Shown here: in pieces, positions 13,741-23,290 of the stretch
Position numbering within the stretch: the first letter of the stretch is position 1
Layout of the letters: each line of letters starts with the position of its first letter
NCBI GenBank assembly: GCA_028534125.1
Contig: CM052816.1
Coordinates: 1,426,001 to 1,490,000 of the forward strand
Length of the DNA: 64,000 nucleotides
Source of the DNA: Lama glama
Taxonomy: Eukaryota
Direction: 5' to 3'
Notes under the pieces: model-generated
What the model was told of the DNA's origin: nothing
Database searches by the model: none
What the model saw: the letters and a program-made list of their open reading frames with translations, nothing else
Translations under genes and position numbers: made by a program

Positions 13741-15236
13741 GATCTTTTTATGATCCAATGCAGTGTGAACTGTCATCCACTTTAACCCGATAAGCCTGCA
13801 AAAGGACTCAGAGACCCTGGGAAAGAAAAGAAAGCTTCTGTGCAGTGGGATGTGATCACTATTGGGGGTAGAGCTTCAATCTCTCTCCACCTAACACACT
13901 GAAAATATTTCTGAAAGACATTAGCTCTCAAGCTGGCCTTAGAAATGACATTATGGAGGGTAGGTTAAACAGCTTTTTTTTCTTTATCATTTTAAAACAG
14001 AACCCCCTGATGTCACTTTGCCCTCTTTCCATCTATTTCTCTTGGATGCAGTGTGTCTTTAGGATTTTTGTTACTTGAGGGATCTGGTTATATTCAGTTC
14101 TAACTGAGCCCCTAGGGTGAGTGCAGGCATCAGTGGTCCATGGCGTGTAGTAGCCATTGCCTCTTTTGATATCACAGCACATGTCTCTGCCATGATCACC
14201 TCCCTCCATTCATTTTCTAGAGTGTCCCTCAGGGACAAAAAAAAAAAAAATCAAAGCAGATCATGCCTCAGACAAGAGACAAGTGTTTCCTGAGCCATGT
14301 GGACAGCTTGTCACAGGACCTCCCCTAGGTTTACCGCCTAACCAAACCTCAGCTTTGTTCTTAGAAGAAGTCAGGTAACCTTTCCAACAACTCAGTAGGA
14401 CCCCCAAACAGAAGAAGGGGGGCACGTTTTCATAGGAGAGTAAGGGCTTAATTTCAGATTAGCAGGATTTGGTGTCTGACAGCAGAAGGTGAGGGGCAAG
14501 TATAATTTAATTCTGAGCATTCTATAAATCACCAGAGTTAGGAAGATTTGGGGGTGAAAACTGAGAATGTGTGACTCTCTGGCCATCTTCCTTCTCTTTC
14601 AAATCTCAAGCTTTAGATCAAAGACTGGTTAGGACTGTGAGGCTGTAAAATCCTCTGATTAACTCATAATAAAGACAGTGCACTGGGGTGATAGCAAGTG
14701 GTGAAGGGAAGAGGGGGAGGACGCAGCCTCTGCAAGGCTCCTGAGGGGCATGGGTCTCTGCAAGAGCCCTGGAAATGCTGAATGAAAAGTGCCTTTCTGT
14801 GTACGAGCTGCCTCCCTGCTTCCCAAATGCCGCGTCTGCGGTAACTACAAACTATTTTGTATGCTGCATTAGTGACGCTGCCTTAGCCGGCACGTCATTA
14901 CTACTGAAATAATGCTGGTGTGATGCTCAAGTCCAGTGTCCTGTTTAATTATTAAACTGAGGCTGTTGAATGAGTCATTCCACATACCAGATTTTCCTCC
15001 TGTGGTTCTATTCAAGTGACTCGTACCTTAGCGCATTCTACTAACACCTTAGTTTGTTCTTAGCCAGATACTCAATCTGCAAAGCCTTTGCAGAGTAAAC
15101 AATATTCTCCAACCTCCAAACACACACAGACTGCATTAAAAAAAAAAAAGCAACCCACAAAAAACTTTATAGTAAGCTCATCAGTAAACCCAAGATCTGA
15201 AAATGCCTAGCTCCCCTCTGCCAGTCCCCGACTTAC

Positions 15237-16185
15237 CAAGTGGTAGAGCGATGAAGAAGGGTAGCCAACACAAGATGAACATGCCGACCACAATGCCCAA
15301 GGTCTTGGCTGCTTTCTTTTCCCGGGAGAACTTAAAAAGTTTGACAGCTATGGAACTCCTGGGGTTGTGGCCCTTGGCCTTGGTACTGCTGAGGGTGTCC
15401 TCGTGAAAGTTCTTTGAGTGGATCCTTAAGGTCAGCTCCTTGGAGTTGGACATCTCCTTCATGACTCCAGCCTCCAGGTTCTTGGTGGTCCTCTTGGCGA
15501 CAATGTAGACACGGCAGTACATGACCAGAATGACAGCCAGAGGGATGTAGAAGGAGCCCAGGGAAGAGAAGAGCGCGTAGAAGGGTTCTTCAGTGACCCC
15601 ACATTCCTTGTCATCGTTGGGCGCCGGCTCCTTCCACCCAAGAAGAGGCCCAATGGAGATGACTGTGGACAAGACCCAGACACTGAGGAGCGCCAAGATG
15701 GCCTTCCTCCTGGTGACCAGTGTGGGGTACTGCAGAGAGTAGCGCACCCCGATGTAGCGGTCAATGGAGATGGCGCACAGGCTCAGGATGGAGGCTGTGC
15801 AGCACAGGACGTCCACGGCGGCCCAAATGTCACAGAAGATCCGGCCCAGCACCCAGTAGCCCAGCACCTCCAGGGCCGCGGAGAAGGGCAGCACGGTGAA
15901 GCTTAGCAGCAGGTCAGCGATGGCCAGGTTGACGATAAAGTAGTTGGTGGGCGTCCGCAGGTGACGGTTGCAGGCCACAGACAAGATGACTAGGATGTTG
16001 CCCACGATGGCAAAGAGGATGAAGGCGCCCAGCACCAGGCCCACAGAGATGGCCCTGGTGATGTCCAGCTGGGGCAGTGTGGAGTTGCTCGAGGTCTGGT
16101 TGGGGCCAGTGAAGTTGGCATTTTTCAACTCTCCCCAGTGGGCAGGTGCTGATGTGTTGTGGCCGGTGTCCAGATCGGGATTCAT
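15237..16185 (-). CDS. ADRA1B: Alpha-1B adrenergic receptor, first coding exon (codons 1-316 plus 1 nt; N-terminus to end of TM6); partial CDS
   Basis: Translation [36 protein letters not shown]...GN(TM1)...LAIAD(TM2)...AAVDVLCC(TM3 Asp)...DRY...[30 protein letters not shown] matches the mammalian alpha-1B receptor as I recall it. ATG at 16185-16183. The exon ends at CTTG|GTAAGT (donor 15236-15231), 949 nt, phase 1, the known alpha-1 receptor intron position after TM6. Confidence 0.98.
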
Positions 16186-16186
16186 T

Positions 16187-16204
16187 TTAGAGTCCGCCCT
16201 CCAT
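16187..16204 (-). other. Upstream ORF MEGGL* in the ADRA1B 5' leader
   Basis: Minus strand gctATG GAG GGC GGA CTC TAA a ATG(main). Strong Kozak context (G at -3, G at +4). Confidence 0.75.
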
Positions 16205-16248
16205 AGCCAGGGAGGTGACAGGGCTCTAAGGGCTGCGGCGAAGGCGGC

Positions 16249-16317
16249 TCAGCTGCCCTGAAACTTTGCTCCCCGCGTGGTCTTCTTTCCAGAGGCTCCC
16301 TCCTGGAGAGGAGTCAT
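16249..16317 (-). other. Upstream ORF (22 aa, MTPLQEGASGKKTTRGAKFQGS*) in the ADRA1B 5' leader
   Basis: Minus strand gagATGACT...AGC TGA, read directly; purine at -3. Confidence 0.65.
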
Positions 16318-16376
16318 CTCCCCCCGGCAGCCCGGCCCGGCAGCACGTCTCCTGCCGGCACCGACTGCGCGCTCGC

Positions 16377-16412
16377 CTGTCAGAGGGAAGAGGAGGAGGA
16401 GAGAGGGGACGA
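16377..16412 (-). promoter_or_regulatory. Candidate 3' splice site (polypyrimidine tract + ACAG|G) in the ADRA1B 5' leader
   Basis: Minus strand tcgtcccctctctcctcctcctcttccctctgacag|gcgagc; the exon would start at 16376. Confidence 0.6.
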
Positions 16413-16652
16413 GGCGGCAGCTCCAAGTTTAATGGTCCACGTCAGGCGCGCCGGGCCGGGCTCGCGGGCAGCGGCGGGGAGCAGCGGGCGGCGGGGCGAG
16501 GGGCGCCCGGCTGTGCCGGGGCCGCGGCGGGTCTGCGGGCAGCGGCGCCTCCGCCCAGCCAGCGCCGAGGAGGGTCTGCTTTCAATGAGCCGCCTCTGGG
16601 CTGACTGCACGGCGGTGACATCAGGCGGGGGAGCCCGGCGCCCTGACTCCGC

Positions 16653-16671
16653 GCGGCACTAGGGGGCAATG
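16653..16671 (+). promoter_or_regulatory. CTCF-like motif
   Basis: GCGGCACTAGGGGGCAATG resembles the CTCF core CCACYAGRKGGCR with one core mismatch; it lies within the CpG island. Confidence 0.55.
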
Positions 16672-16778
16672 CGGGTCCAGCGAACACGCCCGCAGCCCCG
16701 ACGCCGCCACCCTGCTCGGCCCCAGGCGGCCGCGCCCCCGCCGCCCCCAGGGCGAGTCGGTGCGGCCGGGGAAGGCGC

Positions 16779-16804
16779 GGGGTGGGCGGGGTGGGCGGGG
16801 TGGG
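16779..16804 (+). promoter_or_regulatory. Tandem GC/GT boxes (Sp/KLF), putative G-quadruplex
   Basis: GGGGTGGGCGGGGTGGGCGGGGTGGG: six runs of 3 or more G with 1-nt loops. Confidence 0.6.
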
Positions 16805-17119
16805 AGAGGGGGTGGAGGGAGGAGGAGCCACCTGAGCGTGGGGATCCCCCGGCCCCCGCCCTGAGGTGGCCCGCTGGGATTCTCTGCCTTCCTATTCACG
16901 CTGCATGTTCAAAAGTGGGGTGGGGGTGCTTGCCTTTAATGAGGGGCGCCAGGAGTCCGCACTCAGATTTACGGGGTTGGGCAACTTGTGCGGCACCTAA
17001 AAGAGGAAGAATTACAAGGTTAGGCAGGTGGGAGGGACGTGAGTCAGATCTGAGAACCGCCCTCTTACCTCCTCGTGAAACCCCTCTGGCCTCATAATAA
17101 AACTCAGAGACTTCTGGTC

Positions 17120-17510
17120 ACTCATTCATTCACTCAGACACTCATTCGTTCAACGGATTAACTGGATACCTAGCGTCTGCCCTGGGTTCTGTTCTAAGCG
17201 CTGTGGATATAGCAGTTGAACCAGGTAGACAAAGACCCTTGGCCTCTGGGAGCTTACATTCTAGTGGGAGGGGACTGACAAATAAGTAGGCAAATTCTGA
17301 GGTGTGTCCTCTGCTGACAGGTGTAACAGAGACAATAAAGCAAGGACAGGGAAATGGAATGGTGTGGGGAGGCATTTGAAATTTTATATGGGTGCTTGGG
17401 ATGTCACTGAGGTGATGTTTTAAGATCTGAAAGAAATCAGGAACAAACTGGGTTATGTGGGGGTGGGAGTGGGGGTGGCGGTGGGATAAGAAACCTCCAG
17501 GCATATGGGA
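17120..17510 (-). mobile_element. L2 3' end
   Basis: Starts with an (ATTC)n-like tail; ggagcttacattctagtggg motif. Confidence 0.8.
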
Positions 17511-17944
17511 AGCAACTTGGGGAATCTGGCTTATTTGTTGATTGTTTTCCCCCTTTCTGCCTGATATCCATGTTGGACATTCAGCTATAGGGACACACTT
17601 CCCCAGTACTTAGAAGAAAATGTATGGCTGAGAATGCAGCAGGAGAGCATTATGCTAGTTAACATTTACCCAATACTCGTTGAGTCTCATTCACAGACGG
17701 TGTGCTAAGTACTTTTCGCATTTTCCCATGGCCCGTTGAAAGAAGGACTGTTCTCATAATCATTTTTGGATTGTGGATGGGACAACAAGGTACAGCAGAG
17801 TTTAACTCTTTGCTTAAGTTTACACAGCCATCAAGGAGAGAATTTGGAAATTGAACCCAATTGCAGGTCTATCCAAAGTTGAGCGTGTAGCTACCCAGTC
17901 ACACTTTTCCTCCAGAAGCAAGGTTGAGGGTGAATTCCTACCCA

Positions 17945-18704
17945 CTATAGCTTTATTGAGATATAACTGACATATAACATCGTGTAAGTTTAAGGAATAC
18001 AACATATTGATTACGTATTGCAAAATGATTACCATCATAGTGTTAGCTAATACCTCCATCCCATCACGTAATTACCATTTCTTTTTGGTGATGAGAACAT
18101 TTAAGATCTACTCTCTTAGCAACTTTCAAGGATACAGTGTGATTAACTACAATCACCATGCTGTACATTAGAGCCCCAGAACTTGTTCATCTTATAATTG
18201 GAAGTCTGTGTTCTTTGACCACCATCTCCCCATCCCAACCCCTCCCCCCACCGGAGACAACCACTTAATTCTTTTTCTATGAGGTTTTCTTTTTCTTTTT
18301 CTTTCTTTCTTTTTTTTTTTTTAAGATTTTACATTTAAGTGATAGCATATAGTAGTTGTCTTTCTCTAACTTATTTCACTTAGCATAATGCCCTCAAGTC
18401 TCATCCATGTTGTTGCAAATAGCAGGCTTTCTTTCTCTTGACTGAATAATATTCCATTGTATATATGCACCACAACTTCTTTATCCATCCATCAGCTGAT
18501 CGACATTTAAGTTGTTTCCATGTCTTGGCTATTGTAAATGATGCTGCAGTGAACGTGGGAGTGCAGGTATCTCTTCAAAATCCTATTTTCATTTGGTTTT
18601 GATATATACCCAGAAGTGGGATCGCTGGGTCATATGGTAGTTCTCTATTTTTTTTGAGGAACATTCATACTGTTTCCCATAGTGACTACACCAATTTACA
18701 TTTG
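17945..18704 (-). mobile_element. L1MA-type (L1MA9-like) 5'-truncated element
   Basis: 3' end atagctttattgagatataactgac...atctactctcttagcaactttcaa; diverged flanking repeats aggttgagggtgaatt (17921-17936) and aggttggggtgcatt (18705-18719). Confidence 0.88.
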
Positions 18705-21029
18705 AGGTTGGGGTGCATTGATTGTTACATATGGAGCTGTCTTCCAAGTGGTCAATTTTGGCACTCGAGTTACGAGTGGTGGGATGGAACATTTATTGAA
18801 TTCCCACTGATAGCCAAGCATTTACTCATTTTCTTCTACTCTTCACAACAACCTCTGAGAGAAGTATACCATTCTCCATTGACAGCTGAGAAAACCATGG
18901 TTCAGAGAGAGTCAGTCTGTTCCTGGGGTTGTATGTCTAATAGACATGTGGGAGAGCAATGCGCAGTGACTGCTGGAGACTGAAAAGTAATGCCTGATGC
19001 CTTCTTTCACTCTCATCTAGAATCCTGCATCCAGAGCTTCCTACTTCCTGCCCTTGATAATTACTCTAACCTGATACTCAGGGGTGGGGAAGCCACTCAA
19101 GGTGATTTACACTTAAGCTCTTTATCCTAGAGGTAGGTCCCTAACTTCTTTATATTTTATATATATGTATTTTTGGAGGTGGTAGGGTATCACACACCTA
19201 TCTAAGGTTTTAATCTTCTCCCATCAAAATGCTCAGACTCCCAAATGCAGAAAATACACAATTTTAAGGAGTTCCCTGAGATTAAGAAATCTGTATAGAG
19301 ATGGCCCTGAAAACAGACTTCTATTTCAATTAAACTGGCTTAAGTTGTATTTGAAGATCCTAAAACAGGAGGTTCATAGGTTTACAGTGACTTAGCTCTT
19401 TAAGAGCTTGCAGAACCCTCGCTGGCCCATCTTCCCATTTTGGAGGTGGCCCAGGAGGCAGAGGGAATTGGTGAGCTCCCATAGCTAGTTCGGGGCAGAG
19501 CTGGTGCTCAGACTCCATCTGCCTGGCCCACAGAGCAGTGCACCTTCCTCTGCCTCAGAGGGACGCCACACATGGCAGCCACTCATGACTTACTCAGTGG
19601 GGTGTGAAATGGGGACAACTTAGGCAGCCCTCTGCCAGGGGTCCTTATGAAGAGGGGAGGTTGTCCTTGGTCCTGGGTGGGTTATGTGCTGATCAATCTG
19701 GAGATGGGGGCTGGGCCAGATGATTTTTTGAGGTCTTTTAGTTCCAGGTGGTCAGCTTCTTTTGCTGGACGAAGTGACCTCTGAAGGCAGACGTGCTGCC
19801 CTTCACCCACACATCGTCCACAGTGGTGGGAGTGGAGTCTCATATGCTCAGTTCCCACCATCCTCATATATCCTCAAGTCGAGGATGATGGTGCTTCTTT
19901 TGAACTGGTTTACTCCCAAGGGGGAGTGGTAGGAGGAAGAGAACGCCAGTAAGTTGGCAGAAAGCTGGCGATCAGCACAAAGACAGGGATATGGGAGGGA
20001 AAGAGTGGGACAGAACGAAAAGCAAGTTTCGAGTCCGCATTTGACTGTGGTGGCCCATTTCCCACTTCCCTGGGCGTTAATTTCACCAGCTATTGAACAG
20101 CCAGCAACACACCATTGAATTTTCAGAGGCTGTGTCTACATAATCACAGTAACCAGCTGCAGTGTGAAAACCCAGCCTGTCTGACATTTTTCTATGGTGG
20201 CAAAAGGCCAGGGTGGGGAAAAAAGAGCAAATCTGAGATTCAGATTTGGTTTATACTTGCTATGAAAGAGAATAGTTTGTTACCTGCATGAGAACTTATG
20301 TTTTGACTCAGGTGAAGGGAAAGGATTTTGAGCCAGATCGAGGGATGCAAAATCCTTGTAGATTTCAGACATATGTTGTTATTCACCAGGACCTTCCACA
20401 AAAGGAAAACAAACATCCCACTGTTAAGGCAAACAGGTGTTAGCCTTAATAGCAGCCAGGTACCAGGACCTCCCCTAAGCACCTTGCTCATGACCCTTAC
20501 CTTGCTGTTCCTTTCTTCCCTTCAACTGGAGATGCTTCTTAAACCTTTTGGCTGATATGTGACCCACAGAATTGACCATTTGTTTAGGTGTCATGAGGAT
20601 ATAGATGATATTTCATTTTCTTGGTACTCCCTGGGGCAAAGCCAAGCACAGAACTCTGACTCACTCGAGGCTTGGGGAAGAAGAACCTTTTCATTATCCA
20701 TCTGATTACATTAGAAATCTCTGATGCTGCGGACTCCCGTTTCTGTGAGCGTGCTAAGAGATGCTGCCACTGAGTTTGACCTGTGGAGAGTCTGTGGGGG
20801 ATTCAGAGATCTGCTTAGAGGACCTATGGGAGGAGACCTCTCACCTCTGATCATACAGTTTTGCATGGTACTCCGTTTTTAGCTTTCTCCAGTTTTCCAT
20901 TTAACCAGCCATAAACAGGAGCATCTACTCTCTGCAAGGTATCACGCTAGGCGCTGTGGGCAAATCAGAGACGAGTTTAGTCAAGCAAACAGTAGCCTAG
21001 CCCTGAGCTAGGTGCCACGGGGGATGATA

Positions 21030-22000
21030 ATGATGGTAAAGCGCCCTTCAGAGTGTACGTACACTATGTGCCAGGCACAGTGCTAGGTACCCTGTGTGCA
21101 CTTACTTAAATCTCCAACAGTGCAACGTAGGAATTATCCCCACTTTACGAATGAGGAAACTGAAGTTCAGAGAGGTTCTGTGACATGGCCAAGTCCATTC
21201 AATGAGTAAACAGCATTGGTATTCAAAGCATTGTTGTCTGGCTCCAAAGCTTGCATCTTTCTCTCTGCACCAGACTGAGATTAAAAAAAAAAAAAAAAAA
21301 AGAAAAGCAGCAGAAAATTCAGTGTTAGCCTTGAAGGAAATTACAGCAGAAGACAGAATGTGATCAGGTTCCCAAGCGAGGCAGAGGTCAGGGAGGGGAC
21401 GGCGTGGCCGAGCGGTCCAGGAGAGAAGGTTCTGCAGAGGAGCTCCTTGGGTCAGGCTTTCTTGCTTCCCTTCCCAGGCCAGCACTCAGTCTGCTGAGGT
21501 TTTGAGAGCTGACTTGGATTCTAATCCCGATTCTCTTATTTAATAGCTGCTAATGTGACCTTGGGCAGGATAGTAAAGTGACTAAGAGTCTGAATACTGG
21601 CATCAAACAGACCTGGGTTTGTGTCCCAGTTGCACTAGTTTATTAGCTGTGTGTCCTTGGGTAAGTCACTTAACCACTCTGTGCTGCAGTTGCCTCACCT
21701 GTGAAATGAAGTTCGTAACAGCCCTTACTTCACAGCGCTAAGGTGAGGATTAAATGGGACAATATGTGTAAAGTACCTAGTGCAGGGTAATAGTAGTGAT
21801 ATCTGCCAAGAGTTATTAAGTGCTTGCCACAAGCCAAGCATCATGCCCCAAACCTCGCATGTACATTTTCTGATTTAACCCTGATAATACTATTATGAGG
21901 TGGATGCTATTATTAGTGACACAGTATAGATGAGCAAACTGAGTCTCAGAGTGGTTGCCTAAGGGCGCAAGGCTGGGAGGTGGCACAGCTGGAATACACA
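21030..22000. mobile_element. Cluster of MIR SINEs (about 21030-21255 minus, 21500-21800 plus, 21815-22000 minus)
   Basis: Repeated MIR cores: gaggaaactgaagttcagagagg; gctgtgtgtccttgggtaagtcacttaacc; gatgagcaaactgagtctcagagtgg. Confidence 0.78.
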
Positions 22001-23066
22001 GCACCCAGGAAATGAGGGTGGAAATGAAAGGAGAACTGGAGGTGCGCTTCATGAGATACACTAGGGGTTTCGGGGACTTGAAGGAGGCTTTTTGCTCCTG
22101 CTGTAGCCCAGGTGGGAGGCAGGAGGCGCACCCTTTCTTCTGAGCAGGAGACACTGGCTGCAGTAGAGGCATTTCTCTGCCTCCAAACCAGCAGGTCAAA
22201 GGCTCCCAGGAGTGAGGGGTTTCAGCTCCCTCTGGGCAAACTTGCTTTTCTCTCTTGTAATTATGCTTTGTCAGTCTTTGATGAGCTTGGATTCCCCCAG
22301 CCCAGAAATTCCATCTGCACGCATTTTCCTGTGAGCGTGAGTGAGCTTGGAGCAGCCCCTTGCAGTAAGCTGGTGAAGATTAATTGCCAAGTCATCCAGG
22401 GGCTACAATTGCATCACATGTTCAGGGAGAGCCTGGGAGCCCTAAATTGGCAGCTGGGGTGTGGGGGGACAGGGCGCCAAAGCATGGAGTGTGAAAAACC
22501 TACTAAGTCTGGAACTGGAGAACTGGTCCCTTCTTCCTTATGCCCCAGCAGCTCTTCCTGCGGGACACCAACACAGGTCACCAACATCAACAAACAGTGC
22601 TGCAGAGCTGAGCGTGAAGGGGACTGTGTACTGTTTTCTTGAATGCTACAGGTGGTTCCTTTACAGCTGTGGGCTTTGCCCATCACTTTGTCCCAGAAAT
22701 CTGTGGTGGCCCCTAAATTTCTTTAGAAAGGGTCTTTGGGTTGCAGTCTGGTTTGAAGGCGGGCACACAGCTGTGTTGGCACCGTGCTGTCCACAAGACA
22801 GAGGTAGCTGTCCGCATCAGGATGCCAATGGAGATTTTGCTGGGGCTACGGCACTTCCAAGCTGCCTTTGTATTCCCACTGCCAGGATTTACTTTCTAAA
22901 CACATTTGTTGAACCCATCAAGGGTTAAAGAAAAATGTTACAAAACAATACTTATGGCTTCAGGCTCCGTACAGCTGATTTTTCAAAGCATTGGCCCCTG
23001 CGGGCTCCAATCAGGATCACAGACTCCTGAGATGTCAGTCAGAAGAACCCTACAGATCATCTAGTC

Positions 23067-23290
23067 CAGGGTCAGCCAACCATGTTCCCGTGGAACAAAT
23101 CCAGACTTGTGCCTGTTTTTGTAAATAAAGTTTTATTGGAACGCAGCCTCACCCATTCGCTTGGGTATTGTCTCTGGGGGCTTTCACGGTACGATCGCAG
23201 AGTTGTACAGCGGCAACAGAGACGGTCTGTCCTGCAAAATCTAAAATATTTGCTCTCTGATCCTTTATAGAAAAGGGTTGTTGACCCTTG
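23067..23290 (+). mobile_element. MER58A-like hAT-Charlie MITE with perfect 8-bp TSD, nested in a MIR
   Basis: Ends CAGGGTCAGC...GTTGACCCTTG; internal gtttttgtaaataaagttttattggaac; ATCTAGTC at 23059-23066 and 23291-23298. Confidence 0.9.

Larger units (their letters stand above)
1..15236 (-). other. ADRA1B: ADRA1B intron following the TM1-TM6 exon (extends beyond window start)
   Basis: Begins at the GTAAGT donor. No TM7/NPxxY-encoding exon appears in the ORF track or sequence of 1-15236, which is repeat-rich and non-coding. Confidence 0.9.
15700..16900. promoter_or_regulatory. ADRA1B: CpG island and proximal promoter/5' leader of ADRA1B
   Basis: Very GC- and CpG-rich, especially 16320-16870, against a CpG-depleted background. 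GC boxes (GGGCGG) at about 16784-16800, CRE-like TGACATCA at 16616-16623, TGACGTGG on the minus strand at 16444-16437, no canonical TATA box seen. Confidence 0.9.

Noticed and set aside
15181..15236. Last 18 codons of the 334-aa ORF as part of the canonical protein
   Set aside because: They follow a consensus GTAAGT donor at the known intron position and lack TM7/NPxxY; this is intronic read-through.
15203..16261. Antisense and alternative-frame ORFs over the ADRA1B exon
   Set aside because: Typical shadows of a GC-rich coding exon, with no independent support.
16226..17097. Several overlapping 66-142 aa ORFs in the CpG island
   Set aside because: GC-rich DNA lacks stops; the products are low-complexity Ala/Gly/Pro/Arg, and at least one (16426) starts at TTG rather than ATG.
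21570..22000. Inverted MIR pair as a dsRNA hairpin or miRNA precursor
   Set aside because: The copies are highly diverged and such arrangements are common; no clean stem is visible.
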